From assembly GCF_009914755.1 (NCBI RefSeq), contig NC_060933.1: 64,000 bases of DNA. One strand, given 5' to 3'. Shown here in pieces: positions 13,936 through 26,194 of the stretch (position 1 is the stretch's first letter; every line of letters starts with the position of its first letter). The notes under the pieces were generated by a model, which was not told the origin of the DNA, searched no databases, and saw only the letters and a list, made by a program, of their open reading frames with translations. Both the position numbers and the translations under genes were made by a program. The DNA comes from the human T2T-CHM13v2.0 reference genome, Homo sapiens.

Positions 13936-15432
13936 TATTACTATTTTTATCATAATTCTCCACAGCACCTAGTAGTGCTATATATATATATGTATATATG
14001 CTCACTTTGAATGAAACAACATTTAAATAATTTTTAAAGGCCCCTCATGGAGTAAATGGAGGCTCAGGCCCAAAAGATCAAATCCATTATAAAGGGTTGG
14101 TACAAGAAAGAAATTTGACCTCCAAAACTACTTAAACATCTTGAACAAATTAAGAAGAAAGTCAAAGTGTAAAACTAACAGTCCAAATAAGCCAAGTATT
14201 TTTTCCTGATAAAAAAGGAAGAGACATTTTGAGAGAGCTTGACTGTTTCTATATAGGAAATCTACCCCTAAAGATGGTTATTTCTGAAATGTCATCTTAA
14301 TTTCTAATCTATCAATAGTATATCAAACTGATTCTATTTTGAATCTACTTATACTTCTAGATTTGACATTATTTACTTAAGTAGGAAGCTTCACTATTTA
14401 CCATCTCACCTTGAAAAGTAGTATTAAATTCAATTTACCCAACAAAGGTAATCCCTGGCTATAGCACTCAGGGATTTAGTATACAGATCCATGTTTACTT
14501 TATTGATATGCTTCACAATTTTATACTTTATCTGCCTCTTCACTATCAGCCTGAAGATCAATTTTAATCATTATAGTTTTGTTCTTCCTCACAGGGAAGC
14601 TGATTCTGTTTTTTTTTCGATTTGTTAGCTGCCTGTCTCCATCAGTTCCTTTGTGTTGACCCATGGCTACAATGGGTCATAAATTATGGAAAACAAGTAA
14701 CATCTTACGCATAGACACTAGGATACTACAGTATGTTTGAGGAAATACAGTACAGTCAAGCAAGCCCAATAACTGCCTTATCTCTTCTACAAATACACAA
14801 TGTTACTTTCAAATAACAATGGCTTATATTAATAGATTAGTTCTCATCAAGTGATAAAGAACCTATCTGAGTTGCCAAGAGTAGGACTGATTTAGATCCT
14901 AAGCAAGATTCTTAAAGGATTATTTATGAAAGTATAATAGAAATAGAAAGCTTATGTTTTGATAATATCAGTAACCATGCCTACTCTCACATAAGTTTTG
15001 GCTTATTTCTTATTATTTGCATATTTTACACTGAGACAGTCCATAAGTAAGTTCTGTCAAAGACTGTCAAGCTTCACACAAAGAACTTAAATTTCTGAAG
15101 CCCAGGTATTCTAGTTTATCATCATTAACAACCAAATGTTGTAATAGCATGGGGAAAACATAGTCTGTCCTGTTTTACAGTTTAATTACTAATTAGCAAA
15201 TAATGTGACATTTGAACACTCACTATTCATTCACCTTGCTTCCTGTTTAAAGAAATCATTACCAAAAAACTGATGATGAGAACACAGGAAATAGAAGAAC
15301 TTAGGATTATAACATTAAGAAAAGAAAAAGCTCTCAGTGGTGTGATTATGAGAAATTATTTTCTCCTTTATGCCTTTAGATATTTCTTCCAAACGGAATG
15401 CTCAGTAAGCCTTAGAAGTTTGAGGTATTTAC

Positions 15433-15590
15433 CTGTTCTGTGTGTAGTGACCATGGCAAATGTCTGCAGGTTCCTTTGGGAAGGTTAAGCAAAGTAGTCT
15501 CCATATGCATTTGTGATGTTTTTGAAATTTTCTTTCTCAAGTGTACCTGCCTCCTTTTCAAAGGACTCTGGGTCTAGGAAGTGACTCAGT
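15433..15590 (-). other. Candidate 158-nt exon (non-coding or 5'UTR)
   Basis: Minus strand: tgttcttccaatttttag|ACTGAG...AGAACAG|gtaaat, in non-repeat DNA. No frame is open throughout; contains GCCATGG near its 3' end. Confidence 0.45.
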
Positions 15591-15634
15591 CTAAAAATTG
15601 GAAGAACAGTCACAATTCTCTACATATTGACTCA
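15576..15634 (+). promoter_or_regulatory. ETS/AP-1 composite plus second AP-1 site (putative enhancer)
   Basis: AGGAAGTGACTCA at 15576-15588 and TGACTCA at 15628-15634. Confidence 0.4.
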
Positions 15635-16018
15635 ATTCAGGCAAAAGCTTGAAGTCAATCAGGCCCAAATGTTTTCATATATACCAGCAATCTGGGTGAA
15701 CTCCCTTTCAATTTCAATCTTTAGTACTCCATGATCAAACAGTCCCATTAAAATACCCCAGCAATAACAAAACAAAGTAAGACAAAAAGATCGTATTTCA
15801 CCCCTAAATATTTTATCATGCCATCCTAAAAACAAAGGTCATTATAATACCACTACCACATCTAACAAAATTAACAAATTAGTATCATCTAATATCTAGT
15901 TAATATCAGTGTATCTCCTCCTTATCCCCAAAATAGCTTCTTACGATTGATTTATTACATTATATTATATTATGTTATGTCATAATATAGTACACATTAC
16001 ATTAAAATACATTAAATA

Positions 16019-17225
16019 GACTTCTGGTTTCAGCCCAGAGATGTAGAGAGCTGAAAAAAAAGCATCACTTACACCTTTACAACAAGAAAAAAGCTGCACA
16101 AAGCGGAAAGTAACTGCTTTTCTTGATCTCATCCATCAACTGAGATCACAGGGCAGACAAGTCATCTGCAATCTGGGAAGGAGAAATAGGATGGCAGCAT
16201 TCACCAACGTGGGGCCAATGCCCCTCGAAGCCACATAATCAGTAAGAAGTTCCAACTAGAAACTCTAAGAATAAAATAAGCATCTATCAGCCCATGCTAA
16301 TGTAAATCAAGGACAGAATAAATAAATAAATGAAAGAAAAGGGACAGCTCTTCCCTATAAAAGAATTCTCTTTAATAAATGCAGAAGGAATGAAAGTCAT
16401 AGAAAATAACCCTTAGGACACCACAGTAATAACCGTGGCAAGATTCACAGATGAACGCTAAAATTATGGGCAAAACATTACAGAGAAACAGAATATTTAC
16501 ATAGCCTCAAAGTATCTTGCCCAAATATTTATTATTTTTAAAATAAGTACACAAATTCTTTGATAATCCACCCTTGGAGATGGAGCTTAATTCTTTTCCC
16601 CTTGAGAATGGGCTGCGCTTAGTGACTTGCCCCTCAAGAATAAACTATAGAAAAGGTAACGTAATAACTACACGATGGAGAAACCTGGAAGACACCACCT
16701 TATCCAAATGATCACATTTAACAGCACCAGTAAAAAGTCGCATTGATGTCAGGTAGCCTTTGATATAATGTGATGAAAAAAAATACTTCACCTCAGTGGT
16801 ATCTTTCCCCAAAACCTGTAACTCCAAGCTCATCATGAGAAATCATCAGAAACCCAAACTGAGGGACATTCTGCAAAATACCTAATACTCTTCGAAAATG
16901 TCAAAGTCATTAAGAAAAGGTAAAACTATGAAACTGTCATAGATTACAGGAGAGAAAGAAGACATATAACTAAAGGCAGTGTAGTATCCTGGACTCATTC
17001 CTGGAAGAGAAAAAGGGCATTGATTGTAGAATGATTGGTGATATCCAAATAAAGTGTGTAACTTAGCTAATAGCATTGCACCAAAGTTAATTTCCTAGGT
17101 TTAGTAACTTTATCATGGTTATGTAAAATGTTCAAATTAAGCGAAAGTGGGTACGGGGTATGCAGGAACTCTGTATTGTCTTTACAACTCTTCTGTAATC
17201 TAAAATTATTTCAAACTGAAGGCTT
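16019..17225 (+). mobile_element. Old L1 (L1MC/L1MD class): 5'-end-like piece abutting a 3'UTR
   Basis: GACTTCTGGTTTCAGC start to ~16262, then 3'UTR motifs (GGAGAAACCTGGAAGACACCACCTT, GGGACATTCTGCAAAATACC, TGTAATCTAAAATTATTTCAAA). Confidence 0.7.
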
Positions 17226-17619
17226 AAATTATATATATTAACATTATGTATGTTCATATAAGTAGCTGTTGATCTGTATCACTATTTGTCTTATCTAATT
17301 ATCTAACTAGACCTAGAGTGAGAGAGAAACAGAGAGAGAATTCATTTGGATGTATACATTCCAATGTGAGTCTTAAACCAGTCCTTCTGATTAATAGAAT
17401 GACTTCACAACTCCATTTAGTAAGGCTCAGGGCATTTCCTTTTTGCTAAAGAACAAGAACTTGATCACAAAATTCTCCTATGAGAAGGGTAATAGAGAAC
17501 TTCTCTCTCATTTTCTCATTGAATTCTGCTGTGGTCAGAGAACATATCCTTTACCATTTCAATCTTTTGAAGTTTATAAAAGCATTTTATCATACTGGTG
17601 GGGAATGTTCCCGCATGCA

Positions 17620-19612
17620 TTTGCAAAGAACGTGTTCTGAAGTTGTTGGGTGGAGTGTTCTATAAGTGACAATTTCATCAAGGAATTTGACAGATGATTA
17701 GATCATCCAAGTCTTGTCTTTTTGCCTATTTGTTCTATCAACTACCAAGAAAGGGGTGTTAAAGTCTCTAAGATGATTGTAGATTTGTTTGTTTCTCCCT
17801 CTAGTTCTGTCAATTTTTGCTTCATGTATTTTGGATCTCTGTTATTAGGTGCATACACATTATAATTGTTTTGTCTTTATGATGTATTGACCCTTTTATT
17901 AAATATCACAAATGGTCTCTGTCTCTGGTGAATCCTTATAATTAGGGCTACTTTGACATTAATATTGCCACTCAAGCTTTCTCATCCTTATTATTTGTAT
18001 GGTATATCTTTTCCCATCTCTTTTCCAATTGCAATATATGTTTCACTATACTTAAAATATATCTCTTTAGAGAGCATATAGTTAGATCTTGCTTTTTTAT
18101 AAAATCTGACAATTACTGCTTTTCAAGTGGAGTATTCAGTCTATTTATATTTAATCAATATGATTGTGGTTTAGTCTACCATCTTGCCATTTGTTTTAAA
18201 CAATTGTCTTTTAATGAAATTAAGAAAAAAATTGTAGTATTTTGTATTTATCCACATAATTACCATTGCAAAGTGCTCTTTATTCTTTTCTATGGATTTG
18301 GTTTTCCATCTGGTATTATTTCTTTGTAACTTCAACCAAATCCTAAAGGATTTCTCACAGTTAAAGCTTACTGGTGATGAATGCTCTCAACTTTCATTTA
18401 TGCTAATGTATCTTTATTCCACTTTCACTTTTGAAGGGTATATTCTCTAAATATAGAATGCTGGGTGGATATGTATTTTGAGGAGGTTTGTTTGTTTGTT
18501 TGTTTAGCACTTTACCAATACAGTTCCATTGTCTTCTCCCCTCCATCACTTCCATTTAGAAATTACCATAATTTGTATCATTGGTCCCCTCTATGCAAAG
18601 TATTTTTTCTTTACCTGCTTTTAAGATTTTTCTCTTTGTCTTTGGTTTTCAGCAAATTGATTGCAATGTGCTTAGCTAGTGGGGTTTTTTGTAATCATCT
18701 TGTTTGAGTATGCGGAACTTAGGTATGTAAAGATTACATCTGTTACCAACTTTGAAAAATTTCAACCATTGTTTCTTCAAATATTTTTCCACTCCACTCC
18801 CTGCCTCTCTTCTCTTCTCTCTTCTCTTCCTTCTCTCTGTCTTTTTCTCTCTTTCCCTCTCCCGCTCCCTCCCCAGTGAAGGAATCCCCAAATGGCACCC
18901 CATAATCTCCCTGTAGTCTAGTACCCTGCTGCGTAAATTCTAGGCACTTGAGCAGTCTTGAACTCTCACCTCTGCCTGCTCAGCTCAGAAAAATCACCAT
19001 AATGTGCTTGACCCCTTCAGCCTATACTGGAGTCAGGCAGAAAGATGAGGGCAAACATAGTTCCCATCCTGTATTAGTCCGTTCTCACATTGCTATAAAG
19101 AACTACCTGGAGCTGAGTAGCTTATAAACAAAAGAAGTTTAATTGACTCACAGTTCTGCAGGCTGTACAGGAGCCATGGCTGGGGAGGCCTCAGGGAACT
19201 TATAATCATGACAAGGCAAAGGGCAAGCAAGCACATCTTCACATGGCAACAGGAGAGAGAGAGAGCAAAGAGGAGTGCCACGCACTTTTAAACCATCAGA
19301 TCTTGTGAGAACTTACACACTACCATGAGAACAGCAAGGGGGAAATCCACCCACATGATCCAATTACCTCCCACCAGGTCCTTCCCCCAACATTGAGAAT
19401 TACAATTCAACATGAGATTTGGGTGGGGACACAGAACTGAACCATACCATAACCCTTGTGTTTCCCTTCTCCCAAGCATCACAGTCCTGCACTGTCTATT
19501 GTTCAAAGCTTACAAAGAGATGATGCCCCATATATTTGTCCAGTTTTACAGTTGTTTCTGATAGGAGGAAAAGTCTGGTATGAGTTACTCCATCATGGTC
19601 AGAAGCAGAAGG
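17620..19612 (-). mobile_element. Old L1M (L1ME-like) 5' portion, interrupted by an MST LTR
   Basis: Antisense EN-region motifs (GTTGGGTGGAGTGTTCTATAA, CTCTGTTATTAGGTGCATACACATT) and 5' terminus TTACTCCATCATGGTCAGAAGCAGAAG. Confidence 0.7.
19070..19449 (-). mobile_element. MSTA-like MaLR solo LTR
   Basis: TGTATTAGTCCGTTCTCACATTGCTATAAAGAACTACC...GAGATTTGGGTGGGGACACAG...ACCATACCA. Confidence 0.92.
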
Positions 19613-19809
19613 ACATCCTTCTCACAGTGTTAATAATAATAGTTAAGTCAAGACATAACACAATTGCCCACGAATAGTAAAGCAGTTAAATTATAATTGT
19701 ATCATGGAAAACTAAGGAAAATGAAAGATTATATTTCATGGGGGAAAATGATGCAGAAATATCTGAGTCGCCTATTTCAAATTTTAAAGGTAGATTACAA
19801 AATGGACGT

Positions 19810-20860
19810 TTGTTAGTGAGGACACTAAGCGTTAGCCAGGTGAAAAAAATAGCCAGAGAGCTATCTTGGTCAGAGGAAACACTGGCAAAGAAGCACTGAC
19901 TGTTGGACTATTTGGAGAACTGCAAAGAATTCAACTGAGCTAAAACAATGGATACAGTGAGTGTTTAACAGGACCTGAGGTGGGAGAGATTAGCAGAAAT
20001 AAGATCAAGCAGGACCTTGTGGATGTGCTAAAAGATGTCTCTCCTTAATTATTCAGCCTTGAAAAGGAAGGAAATTCTGACACATACTGAAACATGGATG
20101 AGCCTTGAGGACATTATGCTAAGTGAAATAAGCCAGTCACAAAAAGACAAATACTACATGATTCCACTTATATGAGTTTAACCTAGAGCAGTTAAACTCA
20201 TAGAGACAGAAATAGAATGCTGGTTGCCAGGGGCTGGAGGGTTAGGGGAATGGGAGGTTGTTGTTCAATTGACATACAATTTCAGTTTTGCAAGATGAAA
20301 TGAGTTCTGGAGATTGGTTACACAACAGTGTGGATGTAATTAACACTACTGAACCACATATTTTTAAATTGTTAAGGTGATAAATTTTATGTTATGTGTA
20401 TTGTAGCACAATTAAACATTTTTAAATTGAAAAACGATTTTTCTATCTGAAGACAATGATTGCTAAAGATGATTGTTAAACAGAGTGACATAATCACATT
20501 TTAGTTTAAGAGAGGGTGCCTAGCTGGGGAGATAGATTAGAGGTTGATAGGCAAGGAGGACCTGTAGAAGGCACTTGAGCTACTCAAAGTGAGAAATGAT
20601 GAGAATCTGGACCAAGGGAGAGCACGGAATAAGGGGAGAGACAGTAAAGAGACAGCCATTTAAGAGGTAGACCTGACAGATTTCAACAATCAATTGGGGA
20701 AGCAGGGGAGAGAAAGAAAGAGAAACCTCAGAGAACAACCAGAATTCCAAGCTGGGAACTCAGGGAGTGGGAACATTGAACCAAGAGGAGATAATGTGAA
20801 AAAGACCAAGTTTGGGAGATCAAATTCAACCTAGACATATTGCGGATAAGGAGCAGGGAT
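19810..20860 (-). mobile_element. L2 fragments flanking an L1MB insertion
   Basis: Purine-rich degenerate L2 motifs (GGAGAACTGCAAAGAATTCA, GTGAGAAATGATGAG, GAGGTAGACCTGACAGA). Confidence 0.6.
20047..20435 (+). mobile_element. L1MB (MB3-like) 3' end
   Basis: TATTCAGCCTTGAAAAGGAAGGAAATTCTGACAC...GGACATTATGCTAAGTGAAATAAGCCAGTCAC...TTTCAGTTTTGCAAGATGAAA. Confidence 0.88.
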
Positions 20861-22991
20861 GTTCAGTTTATGTCAAATGCAAACTTAAAATTGTTTTGGC
20901 TCTAAACATTACCTTCAATAGACATTACCATCAATAAAATTGAAGAGAAGGTGTTGAGTAATATAGTTGTAAGTATGCAGTCTTTAAAATTCAATTGAAT
21001 TATCAATAAAATCAAAGGGATACAAATCTTTCAAATTTGATGAAAGTTTTTCTGAGTCAGGCTTGGACCAAGATATATTTTATTTCCATGGATTACTGGA
21101 TATCATAGGCTATTAAAAGTTTCTAATACTGTGGTAGTCAAACAGGCTCCATTGACCCTTAAGTGCTCCAGGACCCTAAAAGAGAAGTTCTAGAAGCTGT
21201 TTCAAAGGCCACATAAAAACATTAAGATGAGCCTTCAAAGCACATATATGTTTACACAACAAAAAAAAGGACCAGGTATTTATTATTCCTCAATATTCTA
21301 AATGGTGGGGTTTTGAAAAATATATTCCAGTATTAACTTCAATGATATGGAGTTTTTTTTTAATATGGCATGACCACAGTAGGCCCTATTTGGTTTTGTT
21401 GGCCCTCAGGGCAATTAAAACCCATCACTTTAAGCAGTAGGTCCCAAATTAGTTTTATAGGTATTAACAATGGGAAAATTAGAAGATACATATGAGCAAA
21501 AGGAAGAAAATGAAAATCACTACTTGTAAATATCTTTTTATATCAATAAAAGTTATTCTACAACATTTTCTGCTCTCCATTTAAGCCATTAAATTTTCCC
21601 TAAATATGATTCATAGGCAGAATATAACGTTTTAAAGGTCAGTGGAATGACAGCTACAACACCGTAAATTGTTGATTATAGTATCTGCCAAAGTAGATGC
21701 TTTTAAAAGCAAAAATAAAATTCATAGGAAGACACTTTACTGTACAGTACCAAATTAAGCAGTTTTAATGATCTTCTCTTAGGGTCTTCGCAAAGGCCAC
21801 ATTTGCACAATTTCTCCTACTCCCATTGACTCCACCCCCAACCCAGGAAATCCCATATCAGAGAAGTGTCACTAAGGAATTAAGGGAAAAAAATTTTTTT
21901 AATTTATGGCAAACAGCTACGTGCTGTTATTATACTCAATCAGATAATTATATCTCAGTTGCTTACACAAGCTTAGTCCCAAACAAACATATGTTAACTG
22001 ATAAGTGAATAGCTGAGGAAGTCAAGAAGGAAAACCATGACCTGCTTTTGCTGCACAGCTTGAAAAATTCAAGTGAAAGGAGAAGAAAGAGTATTGTTTC
22101 AGTATTTCTCTTTCATACCACGGTGGAAAGTCAGTACATGGGAGGCTATATGTATGCACTCCCTTTTGATCTTTAAAATAAATATTGTTTTTTCTTAATT
22201 GCAAGAAAACAATTATTATCTACAGTAATAAGTTTGCTAAGAATTGAAGGGCAAGATAAGGCATATCGATAACGGAAACTTACAGCAATGGTGGTGACTC
22301 TTATACAAGTGTGTCTTGGAAGTACATGCTCTGTTGCACAATATACGGCAAGCTCTCCCTGCCACTTACAGCCATCTTGAGTGGAGTGGAAGGAGGTTCA
22401 TGATACTCTGCACGGGTATCCATAAACTGGACATACACAACCCTCAAATAACACAAACTCATAAACCTTATGTTTGGAAGTGGTCTCAGAATTTAATCTT
22501 TTCAATCTACCCAACTGAGGGAATCCCCTTAATACAATGCCTAGGAGTTGGTATTCATAGAAGTCTCTGGCAGAAAAAAAAAATGTATGAAAGAGTTAGC
22601 AGGGTGGAAAGAAGATTTCGAGAGCTTAGAGTAAAGCTTCTCCCCCATTTTCCCTGAGGAAACCAAGAAAGTTTATAAAAATGAGGTTGGAGAAAGATTT
22701 TAAAGAAAATTAGAAAATCATTTAGCCTTGAGAAAAGACAATGATAGTGAACTTCAAGATAATGTTTTTCTCTCAGGGTATGACCAATTTTTTAAATATC
22801 CACGAGGGTCACAAAAGGAAACATTTTAAATCATAAACCATTTCATTCTCCTTTTCATTCTATTTAAATTATAAAGCACAGAAATGTCCTGAAAAGGAAA
22901 AGTTAAATGCCACAGTGGGCTTCTGAGGGAATGTGGCTAAACTCATTCTTTGGAGATATTTGAAAACTGGATTGACTTAAGTGTAGCCCAG

Positions 22992-23305
22992 GGTCGGGCA
23001 TGGTGACTCATGCCTGTAATCCCAGCACTTTAGGAGGCTGAGGTGGGTGGATCACTTGAGGTCAGGAGTTCAAGACCAGCCTGGGCAAAATGATGAAACT
23101 TGTCTCTACTAAAAATACAAAAATTAGCCAGGTGTGGTGGCGAACACCTGTAATCCCAGCTACTCAGGTGCTGAGGCATGAGAATTGCTTGAACCTGGGA
23201 GGTGGAGGTTTCAGTAAGCCAAGATTACACCACTGCACTCCAGCCTGGGTGACAGAACGAGACTGTCTCCAAAAAAAGAAAGAAGGAAAGAAAAGAAGAA
23301 AGAAG
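22992..23305 (+). mobile_element. AluSx-like with GA-rich tail
   Basis: Dimeric Alu; direct repeat TTAAGTGTAGCCCA at 22977-22990 and 23350-23363. Confidence 0.95.
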
Positions 23306-23716
23306 AGTAACACAGGATAATTCCACTTATGAATGACGAAAATAAGGTGTTAAGTGTAGCCCAAAGACAAGAATGGCTGGATGACCTCTTGAAGACCCCA
23401 GCACTGTGGTATCAAATGCACTGCCTCGGTGTTCTCTGGTATCTTTCATATGCCTAAGGAAGAATTCAGGAAGTTCATTGACTATGGAGGTCAAAGTTAA
23501 GGAGTCCCAGAATTCTGCAGCATTGCCAAGAACCTCGGAGATTATTAATGATTTTTTAGGATGAGTGAGCAGCTTCATGAAGGAGAGAGAAAAAGAAAAT
23601 GCTTTGGTGAAAACTCAAGCTTTTTCAAAACAGTTCTGCAAATTTTTCGATTCATTTCCCGTTCAGTTTGGGATTTGATTTTAACCTATCTACAAGTTAA
23701 TAAGGTAGCCCAATAT

Positions 23717-24100
23717 TGTTTCATGGATGCTGGCAGGAGACACAGGACCTCTAGTTTGGAAGCAAAGGACTTTGTTGCTCATGGTACAGCAAGCAGCTCA
23801 TGCATCAATATGTCTGTGTCAGTTCTACTTGCTCTCCAATTCTCACAGGTCCTACACAGAGTAGGCTGCTCTATAGGAGAGGAACACTGAGCTTGGGGGA
23901 CTCAACATTTCATAACAAGCAATAAGCAAGGTGACTCTTTGTCCCAGAAGAAGATATTACTTCATCCCTCAAGGTTGTCCACTGCAAACACAACCTTGGG
24001 AAATGGCCTGGGTGCAAAGCATTGTTGGCCTTGCATTCTTGGCATACTCAGCAAGATGTGTAGGATTGCGAGATACCTATGTGACAGTGTCCCTCCCACT
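23717..24100 (-). mobile_element. ERVL solo LTR (MER54/MER73/LTR53 group)
   Basis: GGCCTTGCATTCTTGGCATACTCAGCAAGATGTGTAGG and AGCAAAGGACTTTGTTGCTCA motifs. Confidence 0.6.
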
Positions 24101-24414
24101 ATTTTCTCTCATTATCTTACTCTCTTGCCTAACCCTCCTCCCCTCCTGAAACCGTGGGGAAAAAGGAAATTCTAGTATGCGGTCTCAGATTCTTCCCATA
24201 GCCTAGCTCATCACACCTTTGAGGTCTGTGGCCTGAGAAGAACCCCCCAAGACTCAGGAATTCTTATACCATTTCAGATTCTGAGAAATAAATGTCATCA
24301 TCTCCATAATCTCTTCTATGCGCACCCAGGAGGTAAGTGGGCTGTTCCTGCTTCTCTTGGCTTCCTTTATGCCTCACTGCCCACAGTTTTCATCTCCTCC
24401 CCCTTGGTGTCTAA

Positions 24415-24696
<282 letters not shown>

Positions 24697-24796
24697 AAAA
24701 GCTCAGTTTTCTTAGTTCTGTCCCTCATTGAGGAACTGTATCCATAGTTATTTCTGAGAAAACATTGAAGCAAGTGTTTGGTAAGAGAAAAAGAAT

Positions 24797-25020
24797 TAAC
24801 ATTTACTGAGTGCCTACTAGGTACGACTAGATACTGTACAAGGCAATTTCACCTATGGTATATCACTTAATATTCACAATCCATAAGGTAGGAATTATTA
24901 TTTTTTTCACATAAGAAAATAGACTCAGTGAAGCAGTTATCCTACCAACACCACAGACCTGTTGGGAAGAATCAGCAAGATGTAAACAGAGATCCACGTG
25001 GCCTATTGTACTACAGCACA
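24797..25020 (-). mobile_element. MIR
   Basis: TAACATTTACTGAGTGCCTAC...TAAGGTAGGAATTATTATT. Confidence 0.7.
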
Positions 25021-25322
25021 TTTGCTCAACCATACCAAAGGGTTTCCACAAGTCACACAAGTGATTTGCAAGTATTCCTCATTGCTCTGAGCTGTGTTAC
25101 GATATATGAATGCCAAGGCAAACTGACCATTTGCCCAAAAGAAGATATTTGGCCTTCTTACCACACACACACACTCTTCTCTTGAATCAGAATTTTGGAT
25201 CCAAAATAACTACACATTTTTGTTAACCATTTGCCCTTTTTTTTTTTCTCATCTATGCTATGTGCTCTCTCCTATGTGACAATGAGGGGTGGCTGTGGAG
25301 CCACCTAAGGGCCTAAGGAGTA

Positions 25323-25400
25323 TGTGGTTTCCAAGGTCTCTGGCCGGCGTCACAGGAAGTTAAACAATAAAAACAAAATGAGGACAAGGTCAGGCATCTG
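25323..25400 (+). promoter_or_regulatory. Dense TF motif cluster (putative enhancer)
   Basis: TGTGGTT (RUNX), ACAGGAAGT (ETS), AACAAT (SOX), CAAGGTCA (NR5A/ERR) and CATCTG (E-box) within 80 bp of non-repeat DNA. Confidence 0.35.
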
Positions 25401-25841
25401 GGTTGATCACCATGAAGCTACCTGCAGCATTCAGTTCAGAAACAGAGCCAAGTTTCCCTACAGCTTATCACAGTTTCATGGTCAGGAGTAATCTATGAAC
25501 AAAGCAGCCTGAGGGTCATTTGGAAGCTTCTGCTTAACTAAGGCAGAGAAGTTCAGAGCTCCCTGTAAGCCTCAAGTTTGCCGATCAACCCTTAACCCAG
25601 CTTCTGTCTTAGTTCCATTATTGTTGGTGTCTTCCGGGGATATAATAGAAAGTACACAGATTTTTAAATCAATGGATTTTAAAGCCTAGACCTATTCTAT
25701 GACCTTGAGCAAATAATGTGCTCTGTCTTGCATGTAAGCCCCATAAGGACATAGACTATATCTGTACTCACAAATGCCAAGTATATATTAGGTGCTTGAT
25801 CAACATTTATTTATCAACAATAAATTTCTCTGGAGGATACC

Positions 25842-26194
25842 TGTATTAGTCTGTTTTCATGCTGCTAATAAAGATATACCTGAGACTGGGTCATTTATAA
25901 AGAAAAAGAGGCTTAATGGACTTACAGTTCCATGTTGCTGGGAAGGCCTCACAATCATGGCAAAAGGCGAAAGGCATGTTTTACATGGCAGCAGACAAGA
26001 CAATCTGTGCAGGGAAACTCCCCCTCACAAAACTATCAGATTTCGTGAAACTTATTCACTCTCATGAGAACAGCACAGGAAAGACTCACCCCCATGATTC
26101 AATTACCTCCCACTGGGTCCCTCCCATGACGTGGGAATTGTGGGAGCTACAACTCAAGATGAGATTTGGGTGGGGACACAGCCAAACTGTATCA
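25842..26194 (-). mobile_element. THE1B/C solo LTR
   Basis: TGTATTAGTCTGTTTTCATGCTGCTAATAAAG...CAAACTGTATCA; perfect 5-bp TSD ATACC (25837-25841 / 26195-26199). Confidence 0.95.
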
